Positions 25,080-40,544 of a stretch of 64,000 nucleotides of DNA are shown here, piece after piece. The stretch comes from Eledone cirrhosa (lineage: Eukaryota): NCBI GenBank assembly GCA_964016885.1, contig OZ024743.1, forward strand, positions 374,418,001 to 374,482,000, in the 5' to 3' direction. The notes beneath the pieces are model-generated. The model saw only the letters and a program-made list of their open reading frames with translations. It was not told the origin of the DNA and ran no database searches. A program made the translations under genes and the position numbers. Each line of letters begins with the position of its first letter. Position 1 is the first letter of the stretch.

Positions 25080-25143
<64 letters not shown>

Positions 25144-25145
<2 letters not shown>

Positions 25146-25344
25146 CGAAGGAAATGTGGTAAGGAACCAGGTGGACCATAACGCACCAAAGTACTCAATA
25201 CTTAGGGTAGTAGAGTGGGTAATAGGAACAAGTAAGACCCCGACGGCTGAGCTCAAGCCGTTTCGACGGGTAATTCTGTACTGAATTCAGTACAGAATTA
25301 GCCGTCGAAACGGCTTGAGCTCAGCCGTCGGGGTCTTACTTGTT

Positions 25345-25348
<4 letters not shown>
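25144..25348 (-). mobile_element. Miniature fold-back element: ~64-bp arms plus tail
   Basis: Palindrome centred on CTGAATTCAG (25281-25290). Arms hold GAAACGGC..GCCGTC, a hammerhead stem III with GUC. Homologous to 62237-62425. Confidence 0.8.
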
Positions 25349-25405
<57 letters not shown>

Positions 25406-25414
25406 ATATGTATG

Positions 25415-25445
<31 letters not shown>

Positions 25446-26159
25446 TTATGTGTTTCTGCGTTTGGATGACAGTGTGTGTAATTGCGTTGGTATTTATCTA
25501 TATACAATATCCTTTATTCAAAGTAATAATATTGTTGTTGAAATATTGTTATGTCAAAATTAATTACAAGAAAAAATACAAAAAAAAAAAGAAAGATCAG
25601 AAAAGAAGAGGAAATATGGAAACGTTAACTTCATTAAGCCATTGCATGAAAAAATCATTTCTAGGTCTAAAGTAAACTGAAAAGATGAAAAAGGAAACCG
25701 TTTCACACAAATTCTGATAATTTTATTGTAACAATTATATTGATTAATAAATTGTAATTGTAGATTCATAATTGTAATTTGTTTGGTAAATGGAAACATG
25801 TTGGCAAAGATTAATGAATTTTATTTATTTTTAATGAATTAAAATAATTGTATGTTTAAAATATAACCAAGTATTTTGTATTGTGTTCTTTATAAATGCT
25901 ACTTGAAATTGGTGTCAATGGTTTGTATTGGTATATTTATCATATACAAAACAATCAAAGATGCCATTGTATTAACCATTATGATTAACCTTTATTATTC
26001 AAAACAGGAGTTCAAGCCAGGGAGCACCTATTTACCAGAGAAAAGGGGAGACAGTTATTCGTCTATATAGTTTACTGGACATATTTATCAATACTAATAA
26101 CTTCCATTAATAATTTTATTAACGAAACTGTTATAATAAAACTGTCCATTATCATCATT

Positions 26160-26209
26160 AATATAACAACAATAACAACAACAACAACAAGAACAACAAC
26201 AACAACAAC

Positions 26210-26249
<40 letters not shown>

Positions 26250-26355
26250 CCGACATCATAAACATCGTCGTCATGATCATTATCATAATTATGATCATCC
26301 TCAGGATCATCATTATCATCATCATCATCATCATCATAAACATTATCATCATTAT
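26160..26355. repeat. Compound AAC/AAT/CAT trinucleotide repeat
   Basis: Direct reading. Confidence 0.9.
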
Positions 26356-26449
26356 TAATATTATCCACTGTAGTATAGTCGCTTCAAAAGTAACAATTAT
26401 CAATTTGGCTTACTCCATTAATTATTCATGTGCTTCATCAATCTACACA

Positions 26450-26805
26450 AATACATACATACATACATACATAACATACATGCATACATAACATACATAC
26501 ATACATAACATACATACATACATACATAACATATATACATAACATACATACATAACATACATACATACATACATACATACATACATACATACATACATAC
26601 ATAACATACATACATAACATACATACATACATACATAACATACATACATACATACATAACATACAAACATAACATACATACATACATACATACATACATA
26701 CATACATACATACATACATACATACATACATACATACATACATACATACATAACATACATACATAACATACATACATAACATACATACATAACATACATA
26801 CATAC
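26450..26805. repeat. (CATA)n array with CATAA interruptions
   Basis: Direct reading. Confidence 0.95.
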
Positions 26806-27380
26806 ATGGTGGCTGCCAACTCGTTTTCGAGTACGGCCACTACTTTATATCCATGTAGGAGAACCCCTACCGATGCGCTGAACGAGTGTGACTTTTTAGT
26901 CCAGCCAGCGACTTGAAAACTCTGGTACAAACACTACACTTGTGACAATTATTGTCACATAGTGCTGGGCCCATGGTACCATGTGACGACAAGTGCAGAG
27001 AGATCTCCAGATATAAAGAAATGCCTGTGCCATGAAGCTTTTATAGTGAGCAAAGGCACTGCACAAAGCCAGTGCCACTCTCTTAACCAAGATGGTATTT
27101 ACCAAAAAGAAGAACAAGTCAACATCATTGGATACCATCAGGGTTGCAGGTGTTATATCAGAGTTTTCCCTCTCCTAGAATTCTGCCTTGACAAAGGCTA
27201 AGGGGTCATCTCTCCCGGTGATTTTGGATGGCCATTGACTCTTAAGAGCTCCTTTGCCCTTTGACAGGTTTTGTTTTTAGTCCTGCAGGATGTCCAAAGT
27301 CACCCTCCTCACCAAGAAACCTTGGTGGGGTTGCCAGTTTAGTCGCCAACGACACGACCATTAGACAGGTTGTACTGGGA
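26806..27380 (-). mobile_element. Non-autonomous RTE-derived element (5'-UTR-like and 3'-end-like segments, no ORF)
   Basis: Minus strand has CTAGGAGAGGGAAAACTCTGAT (RTE 5'-UTR-like) and ends CTCGAAAACGAGTTGGCAGCCACC then (ATGT)n. Homologous to 40062-40408 and 55098-55600. Confidence 0.6.
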
Positions 27381-27445
27381 TACATACATACATACATACA
27401 TACATACATACATACATACATACATACATACATACATACATACAT

Positions 27446-27632
27446 TGGATTTGCGGACAAAAAGCGCAGCTCCCTAATTCATAGTCTACAAATGGCTGCG
27501 ATAGCTGGCACCTTCAAAATATGCAAAACATTCTTGCGATTCAAGGGATGACAATTTCTTTTCTTTTACAACCTTGCCACCAGGAAGGTGGCCGGTCAAA
27601 AAAATATACTCGCAATTAAGAGAAAGAGAAAA
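27446..27632 (+). mobile_element. Very short 3'-terminal copy of the (CATA)n-inserted R4-clade element
   Basis: Near-identical to 31652-31839; (CATA)n on both sides. Confidence 0.9.
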
Positions 27633-30600
27633 CATACATAAATAACATACATACATACATACATACATACATACATACATACATACATAACATACATAAC
27701 ATACATACATACATAACATACATACATAACATACATACATAACATACATACATACGTACATACATAACATACATACATACATAACATACATACATACATA
27801 CATACATACATACATACATACATACATACATACATACATACATACATACATACATACATACATAAAATACATACATACATAACATACATACATAACTTAC
27901 ATACATACATAACATACATACATACATACATAACATACATACATAACATACATACATACATAACATACATACATACATAACATACATACATACATACATA
28001 CATACATAACATACATACATACATAACATACATACATACGTACATAACATACATACATACATAACATACATACATACATACATAACATACATACATACAT
28101 AAATACATACATACATACATACATACATACCTAACATACATAACATACATACATACATACATACATAACATACATAACATACATAACATACATACATACA
28201 TACATACATACATACATACATACATACATACACACACATACATACATACATAACATACATACATACATACATACATACATACATACATACATACATACAT
28301 ACATAACATACATACATACATACATACATAACATACATACATACATACATACATACATACATACATACATAACATACATACATAACATACATAACATACA
28401 TACATACATAACATACATACATACATACATAACATATATACATAACATACATACATACATACATACATAACATACATACATAACATACATAACATACATA
28501 CATACATACATACATAACATACATACATACATACATACATACATACATACATAACATACATACATACATAACATACATACATACATACCATACATACATA
28601 CATACATAACATACATATATACATAACATACATAACATACATAACATATATACATACATACATACATACATACATACATACATACATACATAACATACAT
28701 ACATACATAACATACATACATACATAACATACATACATACATAACATACATACATACATACATAACATACATAACATACATACATACATACATACATACA
28801 TACATACATAGAAAACATACATACATACATAACATACATACATACATAACATACATATATACATAACATACATAACATACATAACATACATACATACATA
28901 CATACATACATACATACATACATACATAACATACATACATACATACATACATACATACATACATACATACATAACATACAAACATACATAACATACATAC
29001 ATACATAACATACATACATACATACATAACATACATACATAACATACATACATACATACATAACATACATACATACATACATAACATACATACATACATA
29101 ACATACATACATAACATACATACATACATACATACATACATACATACATAACATAAATACATACATACATACATACATACATACATACATAACATACATA
29201 ACATACATACATACATACATACATACATAACATACATACATACATAACATACATACATACATACATAACATACATACATACATAACATACATACATACAT
29301 AACATACATACATACATACATACATAACATACATAACATACATACATACATAACATACATACATACATACATACATACATACATACATACATAACATACA
29401 TAACATACATACATAACATACATACATACATACATACATACATACATACATAACATACATACATAACATACATACATAACATACATACATACATACATAA
29501 CATACATACATACATAACATACATACATAACATACATAACATACATACATAACATACATACATACATACATACATACATACATACATACATACATACATA
29601 ACATACATAACATACATACATAACATACATACATACATACATACATACATAACATACATACATACATACATACATACATACATACATAACATACATACAT
29701 AACATACATACATACATACATACATACATAACATACATAACATACATACATAACATACATACATACATACATACATAACATACATACATACATACATACA
29801 TACATACATACATACATACATACATACATACATACATAACATACATACATACATACATACATACATAACATACATACATACATACATACATAACATACAT
29901 AACATACATACATACATACATACATACATACATACATACATACATAACATACATAACATACATACATAACATACATACATACATACATAACATACATACA
30001 TACATAACATACATACATACATACATACATACATACATACATACATGACATACATACATACATAACATACATAACATACATAACATACATAACATACATA
30101 CATACATAACGTACATACATAACATACATACATACATAACATACATAACATACATACATACATAACATACATACATACATAACATACATACATAACATAC
30201 ATACATACATAACATACATACATAACATACATACATACATAACATACATACATACATACATAACATACATAACATACATACATAACATACATACATACAT
30301 AACATACATACATACATACATAACATACATACATACATAACATACATACATACATACATAACATACATAACATACATACATACATACATACATACATAAC
30401 ATACATAACATACATACATACATACATACATAACATATATAACATACATACATACATACATACATACATACATACATAACATACATACATACATACATAC
30501 ATAACATACATACATACATACATACATACATAACATACATACATAACATACATAACATATATACATACATACATACATAACATACATACATGCATACATA

Positions 30601-30709
30601 ACATACATACATACATACATAACATACATACATACATACATACATACATACATACATAACATACATACATACATACATACATACATACATACATACATAC
30701 ATACATACA
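27633..30709. repeat. ~3.1-kb (CATA)n/(CATAA) array
   Basis: Direct reading; source of the spurious MYVC ORFs. Confidence 0.95.
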
Positions 30710-31839
30710 GATAGGCTATACTTCTCACGCAAGGAAGGTGGCCGGGGTCTAAAATCAATATTAACAACATATGAGACCCGGATAGTAACACTGAAGCAAC
30801 ACATTCAACAGAGGAAAAAGGTTGGCGACCATCTTGCTCAGGTTTATGAGCATGAAAAATAAATATCATTAGAATAGCGACTGATCTGGAGGAGAGATAT
30901 GGAACAAAGCCTGATATAAATCTCTCACCCAGAGAAATCGGAAGATCCTATTCAATCTTCAAACAAGAAAAGAAAATTGACCAATTTACAGAGAAAGTTG
31001 TGCATGGATACTTGAGGCGTAAAACACAGACCATAGAGGGGATAAACCACTCAAAAAGCCTGGCATGGAGTTCCGACAAGTTTATGACATCACACCTTGA
31101 GGGATATCTCTATGCAATACAGGAACAAGAACTCCCTACCAAATATCTGCTGCACAAAAGAGGAGGGCCAGCAGCTGACAATAAATGTAGGCTATGTAAA
31201 ACAAAGATCGAGGATGTAAGCCACATTGTTGCCGGCTGCGAAAGAATGTCATCTCGCTACTACCTCCCCATGAGACACGATGGGATAGCTAGAAATATCT
31301 GGAACGCACTTCGGAAAACAAAATTAACAACAAACGAGGAAGAATATATTGAGGCAGATGGCACTAAGGAATACTGGTGGAACCTGAAAATAAAAACTGC
31401 CACCAAATTAATGCACAACCGGCCTGATATTGTAGTTTGGGACCACACATTGAAAACGTGTTCTGTTGTGGAGATCAGCTGCCCACTTGATGTAAACGTT
31501 GTCAGAAAAATACAGGAGAAGGAGGACATCTACGGACCATTGATGAGGAGCTTACAAATCCAGTATCCAAGATACACCTTTAGCTTCATACCCATCATTA
31601 TTGGTGCTACGGGTTATATACCAACCCGCTTGGACCAAAGTATGACCGAACTTGGATTTGCGGACAAAAAGCGCAGCTCCCTAATTCATAGTCTACAAAT
31701 GGCTGCGATAGCTGGCACCTTCAAAATATGCAAAACATTCTTGCGATTCAAGGGATGACAATTTCTTTTCTTTTACAACCTTGCCACCAGGAAGGTGGCC
31801 GGTCAAAAAAATATACTCGAAATTAAGAGAAAGAGAAAA
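30710..31839 (+). mobile_element. 5'-truncated R4-clade non-LTR retrotransposon in (CATA)n; coding 30710-31758 with one stop near 30859
   Basis: DRLYFSRKEGGRGL, AIQEQEL, CRLC..EDVSHIVAGC, RHD, HNRPDIVVWD, VEISCP..EKEDIY. The 3' UTR has a GCCACC/GGTGGC hairpin and ends GAGAAAA|CATACATA. Confidence 0.9.
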
Positions 31840-32370
31840 CATACATACATACATAACATACATGCATACATAACATACATACATACATACATACATAACA
31901 TACATACATACATACATGCATACATAACATACATACATACATACATACATACATAACATACATAACATACATACATACATAACATACATACATAACATAC
32001 ATAACATACATACATACATACATAACATACATAACATACATACATACATACATACATACATACATACATACATACATACATACATACATAACATACATGC
32101 ATACATAACATACATACATACATACATACATAACATACATACATACATACATACATACATACATAACATACATACATACATACATACGTGCATAACATAC
32201 ATACATACATAACATACATACATACATAACATACATGCATACATAACATACATACATACATACATAACATACATACATACATAACATACATGCATACATA
32301 ACATACATACATACATAACATACATACACACATATCCAAGCATCCATCCATACATACATACATAGATACA
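31840..32370. repeat. (CATA)n/(CATAA) array
   Basis: Direct reading. Confidence 0.95.
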
Positions 32371-32942
32371 TATATAGCTATTAGTTAATGGAGGATAATA
32401 TCTGTTTAAGAGTCTACATATAACGATAGAATAATAGATATTACATCTCATTCTCAGAGACTTCAACTTCTGCTGCAATTGATAACGTAGGTAATTGGTA
32501 TCGTAGGTAGACTATCCAGCTATTACTAAGTTTAAATAATCACATTGGAGCTGGAAAATGAGCTTTCAGTTCTCATTTACTTAATATTGACTTTAATTGT
32601 TTAGCAAGATTCTTTATCTGAAAACGTGTGTTGAAATCGATATTGTTATAATTTGGGAGTGTCATGTTGCCAATAAGAAACACACGCACCAGTTGCTTTC
32701 ACTCTAATTTATTATAAATTAAATTTATAAATTTAAGAATTTATAAATTTCCGATTTGTTGGTTGGTTCCATAACTGGACGGTGGTTCATATATTGTCAA
32801 AGTTCTTTCGTCACACATTCTGTGATCTCTTCAGTGACTGCGGATTCTTTTCTTTGTTTTGTGCCTCTCCTTTGTTCTGTCCTACGCCATCTTGTTTTTG
32901 TATGTGTTGTGTGCTTAGTTTGCAAATTGGTGTGTATATATA

Positions 32943-34550
32943 TTTATTAAAATAACAGATTAAAGTTTAAGCAAAGAATCGCTGCTTTCACCCTTAACGG
33001 GATCTTCTGAAACTAACAAAGTCAATCTGTAAACGCAGAACTGGATATTTAAAAAAACGTTGCAACCGGAGGAAGACAGGAAGACGATACTTTGGTTCGT
33101 GGTAACGTTCGCTGGCAAAGAACGGGGAAAAACGAATAATACGTCATTAATAGGAGCGGTGAAAAACAATTACGCGCAAAGACAAAACCACGTTTATGGT
33201 ATAAAAGAGGTCGTAGACTAATGTTCTCTTAGGTAGTGCATGGAGACGTTCTCTGGCAATGAACGAAAAAACGAAGATAATAAGTCGTATGTGGAGCGTG
33301 GAGAACAAAAGCACGCAAAGACAAAACCACGTAAATGGTATAGCAGAAGTCGTAGACTAAAATTCTAACTAGGAGACCAAATGAATCTCCGCTACAGAGT
33401 TAAGAACAAAGTAAATAAATACAATACAGAAGTAATAGAAACAAATAAATACATACACGCAAACAGATACGTACATACACAAGCATACGCAAAACCTTAC
33501 CATAGGTATACAAAACCACGCACATATAAATATGTGTGTGTGTGTATGCTTGTGAACAAATAAATAAATAATTATATAAACGTATATAAGTAAATAAATA
33601 CGTATATAACAAGCGCACACACATACCTACATATAAATACACGAATGTTCGGAGACGTAAGTCAACTAAAACAAGAAGTACACATATACACACACCCACC
33701 ATACGTACGAACCTGCATACTCACTCGGACGCAAAACTCCCGTATACACATAGCCAAACCCTAAATACCAGAATATGTAAAAATGATACGCCATAACAGT
33801 CAAATATACGTACGAGAAGGTATACATACCTTCACAAAACATATGGGTAATATATACTTACCTATGCAAATAAGTAAAGGAATAAACAAAACATATACTT
33901 AGCTCCCACATCAAGACGTAAAATATACACGTATAGATCGTGCTATCCGTTAGGGTATAACGTGGGGCTGTAATACAGGAAAGTTTTGTGCAATTTATGT
34001 TTACAAGCCGAAATTGTCTCAGATTTTTTGTTTAAGATGTGGTCTGTGGCGTAGAGTATTTCCAAGGCCTCAGCGGCGCAGAGGTCACATGGTCTTTTAT
34101 TTCCGTTATACGATCTAGCCCTAGCTAGGATCTCCCAGTGTAACTTATATTGGGTGTGGTTGTCTTTTAGACTCCAGATATAAGCTGAAAGTGACGTCAT
34201 ATTCCTTCTTAGAGGGTAACGAAAAGAATGGGTATGCATGTAAAGACGCTGCTTGAAACTATTGGCGGTTAACCCTATGTAGGCCCTACGGGTCGTGGGT
34301 GTTACAACCTTACATTTGTAGACAATGTTACTAGAGAGGCATTTCCCGGATAGGGGGCAATCAGCCCGATTCCTACAATTACAGTTCGTACTAACTACAG
34401 GGTTGCACGTGTTCCTACGGCTAGGTAGTATAGCTAAGTTTGAAGCTGTGATGTTATATGCAAGGTTAGGAGTCGTAGAGTAAGAAATTTTAATAGTATT
34501 TCTATTAAAATTTTTACTATATTTATGTGTAGGGGGAAAATGCTTATGGT
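32943..34550 (-). mobile_element. 5'-truncated PLE (GIY-YIG part at 33943-34550) with pseudo-LTR
   Basis: KISYSTTPN, CNCRNRADCPL, IVY..YIG..FKQRLYMH, CDLC..E, LNKKSETISACKH. Same family as 51406-53060 and 48358-48608. Confidence 0.88.
32964..33014 (-). ncRNA. Hammerhead motif with CAGAAGA core (copies at about 48469-48518 on - and 52900-52950 on +)
   Basis: AGTTT-CAGAAGA-T-CCC-GTTAA-GGG-T-GAAA-GCA..TGC-TT-AAACT. Confidence 0.65.
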
Positions 34551-34737
34551 GTATATATATATATAAATATATATATATATAATAATAAAATGTGGAGAAA
34601 TAAAAAGGGAAAAAAAAATTTTTCTTCCTAATAATCGTCATTTTCTCCCTGTTTTCATATATATATTTCATATATATATTTACAATAGGTGTATATATAT
34701 ATATATACTGTATATATATGTATATATATAAATGTGC

Positions 34738-34780
<43 letters not shown>

Positions 34781-34967
34781 TGTGCGGGTGCGTTTGTGTA
34801 TATACGTATGTATATATGTGTATATATAAATATGTATATGTGTGTATCTATGTATATATATAGGCAGAAATTGTAATTGTCTGTAATGTGAGAAATAAAT
34901 ATTTCTTTGAATTGCTTAAATGATAATGAGAAAGATCATTATTGTTAATGATTCTTATGTTCACGAC

Positions 34968-35276
34968 CAGGGTTGGATTTAGACCTTGGTAAGGATGGTG
35001 AGGGGGGGGGCACTTCAGGTTTGGAGGGCCCTTCATACTCAAAAAATTATAATACTCAGCAAATCCCTCAATTTTACATATCAATGTCAGCTTGGTGCAA
35101 GTAATTGAAAAGTTATATATACAGGTAGTAAATTCAAAAGCTCTAACCATCCTAAACTAAAAAGCTGCCGCTGAGGACACAAATAAATTGCTAGGACCGT
35201 TGCCGCTGGTGTGGACCCCCCACTGCAGGGTACCCGGGAAAATTGCCCCCTTTACTCCCCATTAAATCCGGCCCTG
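34968..35276. mobile_element. hAT-type MITE, 309 bp
   Basis: TIRs CAGGGTTGGATTTA / TAAATCCGGCCCTG and a perfect 8-bp TSD TTCACGAC (34960-34967, 35277-35284). Confidence 0.88.
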
Positions 35277-35893
35277 TTCACGACATAATATTTTGAGTAA
35301 ACATTATTTAACATTATATAATTCATCTTTCGCTTAAGTGTAAGCTCTTCGCACAAGAAGAATCCATTGGAATTTTTCCAATGTCTTGTATTTTTAGTGT
35401 TCAGCTGTGATTTGATATTTCTCGCGTGATATGATCATTATAAATAATTCTTTAATTAAGTGTAAGTTACTTGAAGAAATACCATACCAACAGTCAGCAA
35501 AATGCTTATCTTTTATCTTACGTCAGCTAAAACACATCTGTAAGTATGTTAAGTGATATATCTAGATTTTATTATTGAATTTGCCTCTTCAAATTTTCAT
35601 ATTACAAAGAAAAATAGTTACGAATATCATCTAATACTTATCTATAATTATATAATTATATATATACATATATATACACATATATATATATATATATAAT
35701 ATTAAGGATACTATTTATGGTTATGTATATATTAAACTTTTTATAGTTATGCATATTTTAAACCTTGAAGGTCAGTAATTTATTACTACCTTATTACCAG
35801 TAAGATAAATAGCTCAATGTAATAACATCAGTTGTTTTACAGAGCAGTTAAATAGAATTCACAAGAATCAAAGCTATGTTCAAAGCATTTATT

Positions 35894-35940
35894 CACTTAC
35901 AATTGTTTCATCCAAACCTAGGCTTGGAGTCTTCGGAGCA
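35894..35940 (-). ncRNA. Hammerhead motif with CCGAAGA core
   Basis: GCT-CCGAAGA-C-TCCAAGCC/GGTTTGGA-T-GAAAC-AATT-GTA-AGT. The stem III palindrome differs from 16150 (AATT vs AGCT) but stays palindromic. Confidence 0.7.
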
Positions 35941-37432
35941 TTTTTCAATGTTTGTACATATAATTGACCTCCTTTCCGACGCAAGAGACATACAAATACA
36001 TATATATATTGATGTACAGTGGAGTGACATATATTACACTATACTATTCTTGTACAGCAATTCAAATTCAAGATCAAAATCAAAATCAAAATTAAAATCA
36101 AAAATCAAAATTAAAATTAAAATACATTCGGCAGATAACACAGATAATGCAGGAGGATAGTTTGATAGTAAGATCTAGTAGGTAGTGTATGCGTTAGTTA
36201 CACGTGGAGTATGCAAGTGTGTCTCATTTTTATACGATTATTGTGTGGCAAGGTGTTACATGTAATGCAAGCACTTTAAGCGGGTAAGCAAGAGTATTAT
36301 GGTGGTTGTAGTGGTAGGGTATTTTTAGTATAGATAAAAAAAGAATGTGTGCAGAAAAATAAAAATAAAAAGAAGAAGCAAAACAAAGTTATGGTTTTCG
36401 TATCCACCACCATTTTCACATTCAGAAAAGTAAGAAATAGTTTTTACATCCATCACATAAGTAACGATGATTCCGTAGTGAATGTTTGATGCATTAAATT
36501 ATTGTAGTGTATTGAGGCTCAGTGTTATTTAATCCATATTTATAGAATAGGTTCTTTCTGCTGCGAGAATTTACAGTGGTTTATTACCCGGAAGTTTGTG
36601 TGTAGTTAAGGGGAGTTAATGCGTAAGGGGAGGTAACTAGCTGATTCTCATAACTAAATTCATTGTTCAAACATAGATTATATGGTGCCTCAATTGAGTC
36701 CCTTATATAAAGGGTTATATATTTATATCTAGTTTTCAATTTTAAATACAGTCTACTCTATCATAATGTACTAAAGGTATCTATAGTAAGTTGATTACTC
36801 CTTATTATATAGTGCTACAATTGAATTTCCCATACAAAGTGCCATATCTTTATATCAAAGTTCACTGTAAATACAGTCTACTCTCAAAACACATCAGAGG
36901 TCATATTAGAATTTTGTCTACATAACCCCTGGTAAGTTATGGAGCAGCGTATGGCTGTTTGCATGACAAAACCAAATACAACTCTAGGGCAGACAAATAC
37001 ATCCCTAATTTACAATGTCATTAATCTATCCATCAAGTTATACTTGCATATATAATTCTTATATAATTCATATATAATTCATTGCAGCACCCTACATATA
37101 ACTTAGACAGATCCCTTATGTTAATAAATTAATCCTATATATATCCAATGTTATTACTCCATACATTTAATTACAATTGCATATATAATTCACTGCCGTA
37201 TCTAGTATTTAAAGTTTATATAGACTGTGTTATATCACTACATAATTATAAGTAATTGAAAGTAATTATAATAAAAGTAGGTGTTTATGGGGATATTTCT
37301 AGGGTATAAAGTTATAGATAGATGGAATGATTTGTGTCGAGATAGGGTGGATCAGAGAGTGTGGTGTTGTGGTGTAAGGCGTGCCCTTGAGGTGTGTTGT
37401 TAGAAGCGGTGATGGGTTCAAGTCTGACATTG

Positions 37433-39190
37433 TTATATATTGGGTTTAAAGTTTTGGAAGGAGTGCCGGAAGCGGTGCTGGCACGACGCAAACACTTCCG
37501 ATTTTTTATTAAGGAGGTTAAGGTTCGAGAAGATTATAGTATGGGTCTCTAGAAGACAGAGGTTACAGAATTTATTAGGTGGTCTGTACGATGCCGCCTT
37601 ACCTATCACTTCCCATTGAAGTGTATAAGATCTATTTCTAGTTTTTAGATAGTGTATGTAGCTAGATAGTGAAGTGGAGTTGGCTAGACTGTGGTTTTTG
37701 AAAGAATGGAGGTGTGAATTGTATCTAGTTTTGAAGCAGTTCGAAGTAGAGCCTATATAGGTTTCAGAAGAGTTGTTAGTTCTGACGGTACATGAGTATA
37801 TGATGTCCTTGATTAAGCAGTTTTTATTTAAAGGGCAGGTTCTATTAGATCTACAGTTACAATTTTTTTTTATGTTAACCTGCCGGTTATTATGTTGTGT
37901 AGAAGTCTGGTTGCTAGGTATTGCATTATGCCTATGGGGCTGTCGCTCCCACTGTTATTGATTTCACTAGTGTTATTACTATTATTACTATTGATATCAG
38001 GGTTTGCAGATATTACGTTGTTTTGAAAGTTTACCCCTGCTGTGTTTTAGTTTGTTGAAAGTAAGTATTAATCTTTCTTTTATTGCTACTAGCTATGTGG
38101 TATGCTATGTTAGGCGTGGTAGAGTAGGATATTTTAATGGTGTTTTTATTTATAAGACTATGGTACTTGTGGCCAGATGGGAAGTTTTTATCCAGGAGTG
38201 AGAAGAAAGCCTTAGGTAGGTTGGTAGAGATGTTTAGATTGAAAGGGGGGTTGAAAAATGTATTAGTTCTTCTTCTATTTTTGTTTTTTATGTCTGGTGA
38301 GATGTTTTCGTTTGTGGTATTTTGGTGTCCTCTCTGGTGTGAGTTACGTTTGTTGCCACCCTTCGTACTAGTGTGTGTGTGGTTATTATTCTTATTACTA
38401 TTTTTCCTCATGGACATATTGTGCGAAATAATGTTGTAACTATGTGTTTTTATAGGTAGGAACTCGATCTCATTATTATTATGTCCTGATCTAGCTAATG
38501 CCTGATTATAGTATTGTGAGTTTTTGTTGAATATGGTTTCGTCATAAGATAGATTAGAGATTCTATTGGATATTCCTTTAGAGATAGAGTTTAATATTGA
38601 TATAGGGTGGTTAGACTTGGTATCTACGTAAATCAGTTTTTCGTTAGGTTTATGGAATGGTGTATATATCTTAGAGTCTAGATAAAGGGTGGCATCTAGG
38701 AAGTTAACGTTTTTAGTGTTTTTGTCTATGGTGATACTTAGGTTATAGTTTTTGAAAGTCTTGTGCACTAGTTTTCTAGTTCTTTCTATATTAAATTTTT
38801 TATAGTCTATAAGGAGTAGTGCATCGTCGCGGTACAAACCACCGTTGAGGTATGGAAGGTCCTTATGGATTTCGTTTAGTAGGTATAGGCCCACCAAATC
38901 AGTGACCTGCGCCGAGTCACTAGATCCCATGGTTATGTCAATGTTGTTATGCGTATCCTTGCGGGTCCATAACCCGTCTTCAAAAGTGATTACGGTTTTG
39001 CGGGCCGCAAGTATGACATCAATCTGGGGTCTAGTCAGGTCACTATTGTTCATGGCCATAATTAGTGCCTTATTTAATAGGATAGGGGAAATAGAGGTGT
39101 AGTATGAATTGATATCAAATTGAATAATTGTTTATTTTTGTTTTCCTTGATATCCTTAAACTATTCAATAACTTCACCCGTATTTCCCCA
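37433..39190 (-). pseudogene. PLE reverse transcriptase + GIY-YIG, frameshifted (largest open piece 38031..39059)
   Basis: FDINSYYTSI, TMGSSDSAQVTDLVGLY, GLYRDD, VNFLDATL, SNHP. After frameshifts: CNCRSNRTCPL, IIY..YIG, CNLC..E, LNKKSEVFASCQH. Confidence 0.88.
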
Positions 39191-39550
39191 CTTGCATTAC
39201 ATGTAACACCTTGCCACACAATAATCGTATAAAAATGAGACACACTTGCATGCTCTACGTGTAACTAACGCATACACTACCTACTAGATCTGACTATCAA
39301 ACTATCCTCTGCATTATCTGTGTTATCTGCCGAATGTATTTTAATTTTAATTTTTATTTTTATTTTAATTTTGATTTTGATTTTGATCTTGAATTTGAAT
39401 TGCTGTACAAGAATAGTATAGTGTAATATATGTCACTCCACTGTACATCAATATATATATATGTATTTGTATGTCTTATATGCATATATGTATATGTATA
39501 ATATATATATATGTATTTGTATGTCTTATATGCATATATGTACACCCCCG

Positions 39551-39588
<38 letters not shown>

Positions 39589-39620
39589 CTCAGCTACACG
39601 CCTTCACACTCAGCCATACG

Positions 39621-39678
<58 letters not shown>

Positions 39679-39724
39679 CGGGGGTGTACATATATGCATA
39701 TATATGCATGCATATATATAGAGA

Positions 39725-39890
39725 GACATAGAAAATCCAGACCGGGGGCGCCAAGCGGTTTCGGCTTGTGTGTTCACCAAGCCTTTTTGCAGTCGACATT
39801 TTACATATATCTATACCCACTCTGCATCTACCCATGCATTGAGTACTCCCATGATTAGGAGTCACCCCGGTTTCAGCACTGCAGACTCTA
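39725..39890. mobile_element. Collapsed PLE-type remnant: decayed hammerhead (-) plus tail stem-loop (+)
   Basis: Minus strand GGCTT..AAGCC-GAAACCG..CGGTC. Plus strand ACTC-TGCA..TGCA-TT-GAGTAC at 39819-39846. Confidence 0.5.
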
Positions 39891-40061
39891 TATATGCATA
39901 CATACATATTCCGAGAAGAATACATACATACATATATACATACATACTTACATACTTACATACTGTACATGCACACATACATACATACATGCATACATAC
40001 ATACATACATACATACATACATACATACATACACACATACATACAAACATACATACATATA

Positions 40062-40408
40062 TGATGGCTGCTCCCTCGTTATCGAGTATGGCCATTGCAC
40101 GATATAATATTATTAATAATTATTAATTAATTCTATCGTGCAATGCCTGGACGTGAAGATTTTTTTTGAAATGAGGAAAGACTGTGCACTGAACCAATCC
40201 CAGTCTCTGAACGACAGTAGCTATAACCCGAAAAGAAGAAAAGATCATCGGTAACTACTGAGCCACAGGTTTTATATCGGAGTTATCCCAATTTCCTGAG
40301 TTGCCTTCTCCTAGAAGAATGCCATGACAAAGTCTAGGGGTCCTTCACTCCCAGTGGCTTAACCGCGCGATCGGGTATCCAGCCCGAATATTTCTATTTC
40401 CCCGCGCA
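40062..40408 (-). mobile_element. Non-autonomous RTE-derived element
   Basis: Closely similar to 55098-55410; ends in a (TATG)n-like tail on the minus strand. Confidence 0.6.
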
Positions 40409-40544
40409 TATACATACACATGTATACATGTATATACGTATATACATATACACATATATACACATTCATACATGTATATACATATCTACACATACATACA
40501 TAGATACATACATATATACATAATTCACAAAAGAGATAGGGATG

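Larger units (their letters stand above)
35700..39455 (-). mobile_element. PLE related to 12541-16400, with RT + GIY-YIG pseudogene, tail, hammerhead and inverted pseudo-LTR piece
   Basis: 39191-39455 is the reverse complement of about 36000-36268. Tail 35700-35850 is homologous to 16239-16400. CCGAAGA hammerhead at 35894-35940. Confidence 0.88.

Noticed and set aside
27596-30869. 900-1060-aa MYVC-repeat ORFs in all three minus frames
   Set aside because: Translations of the (TATG)n/(TTATG) array, which contains almost no stops. Not genes.
30732-31802. 14-bp identity AGGAAGGTGGCCGG near the 5' truncation and in the 3' UTR of the R4 copy
   Set aside because: One copy encodes the conserved EGGR motif and the other is part of a UTR hairpin. 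It is not at the junction, so it is probably coincidental.
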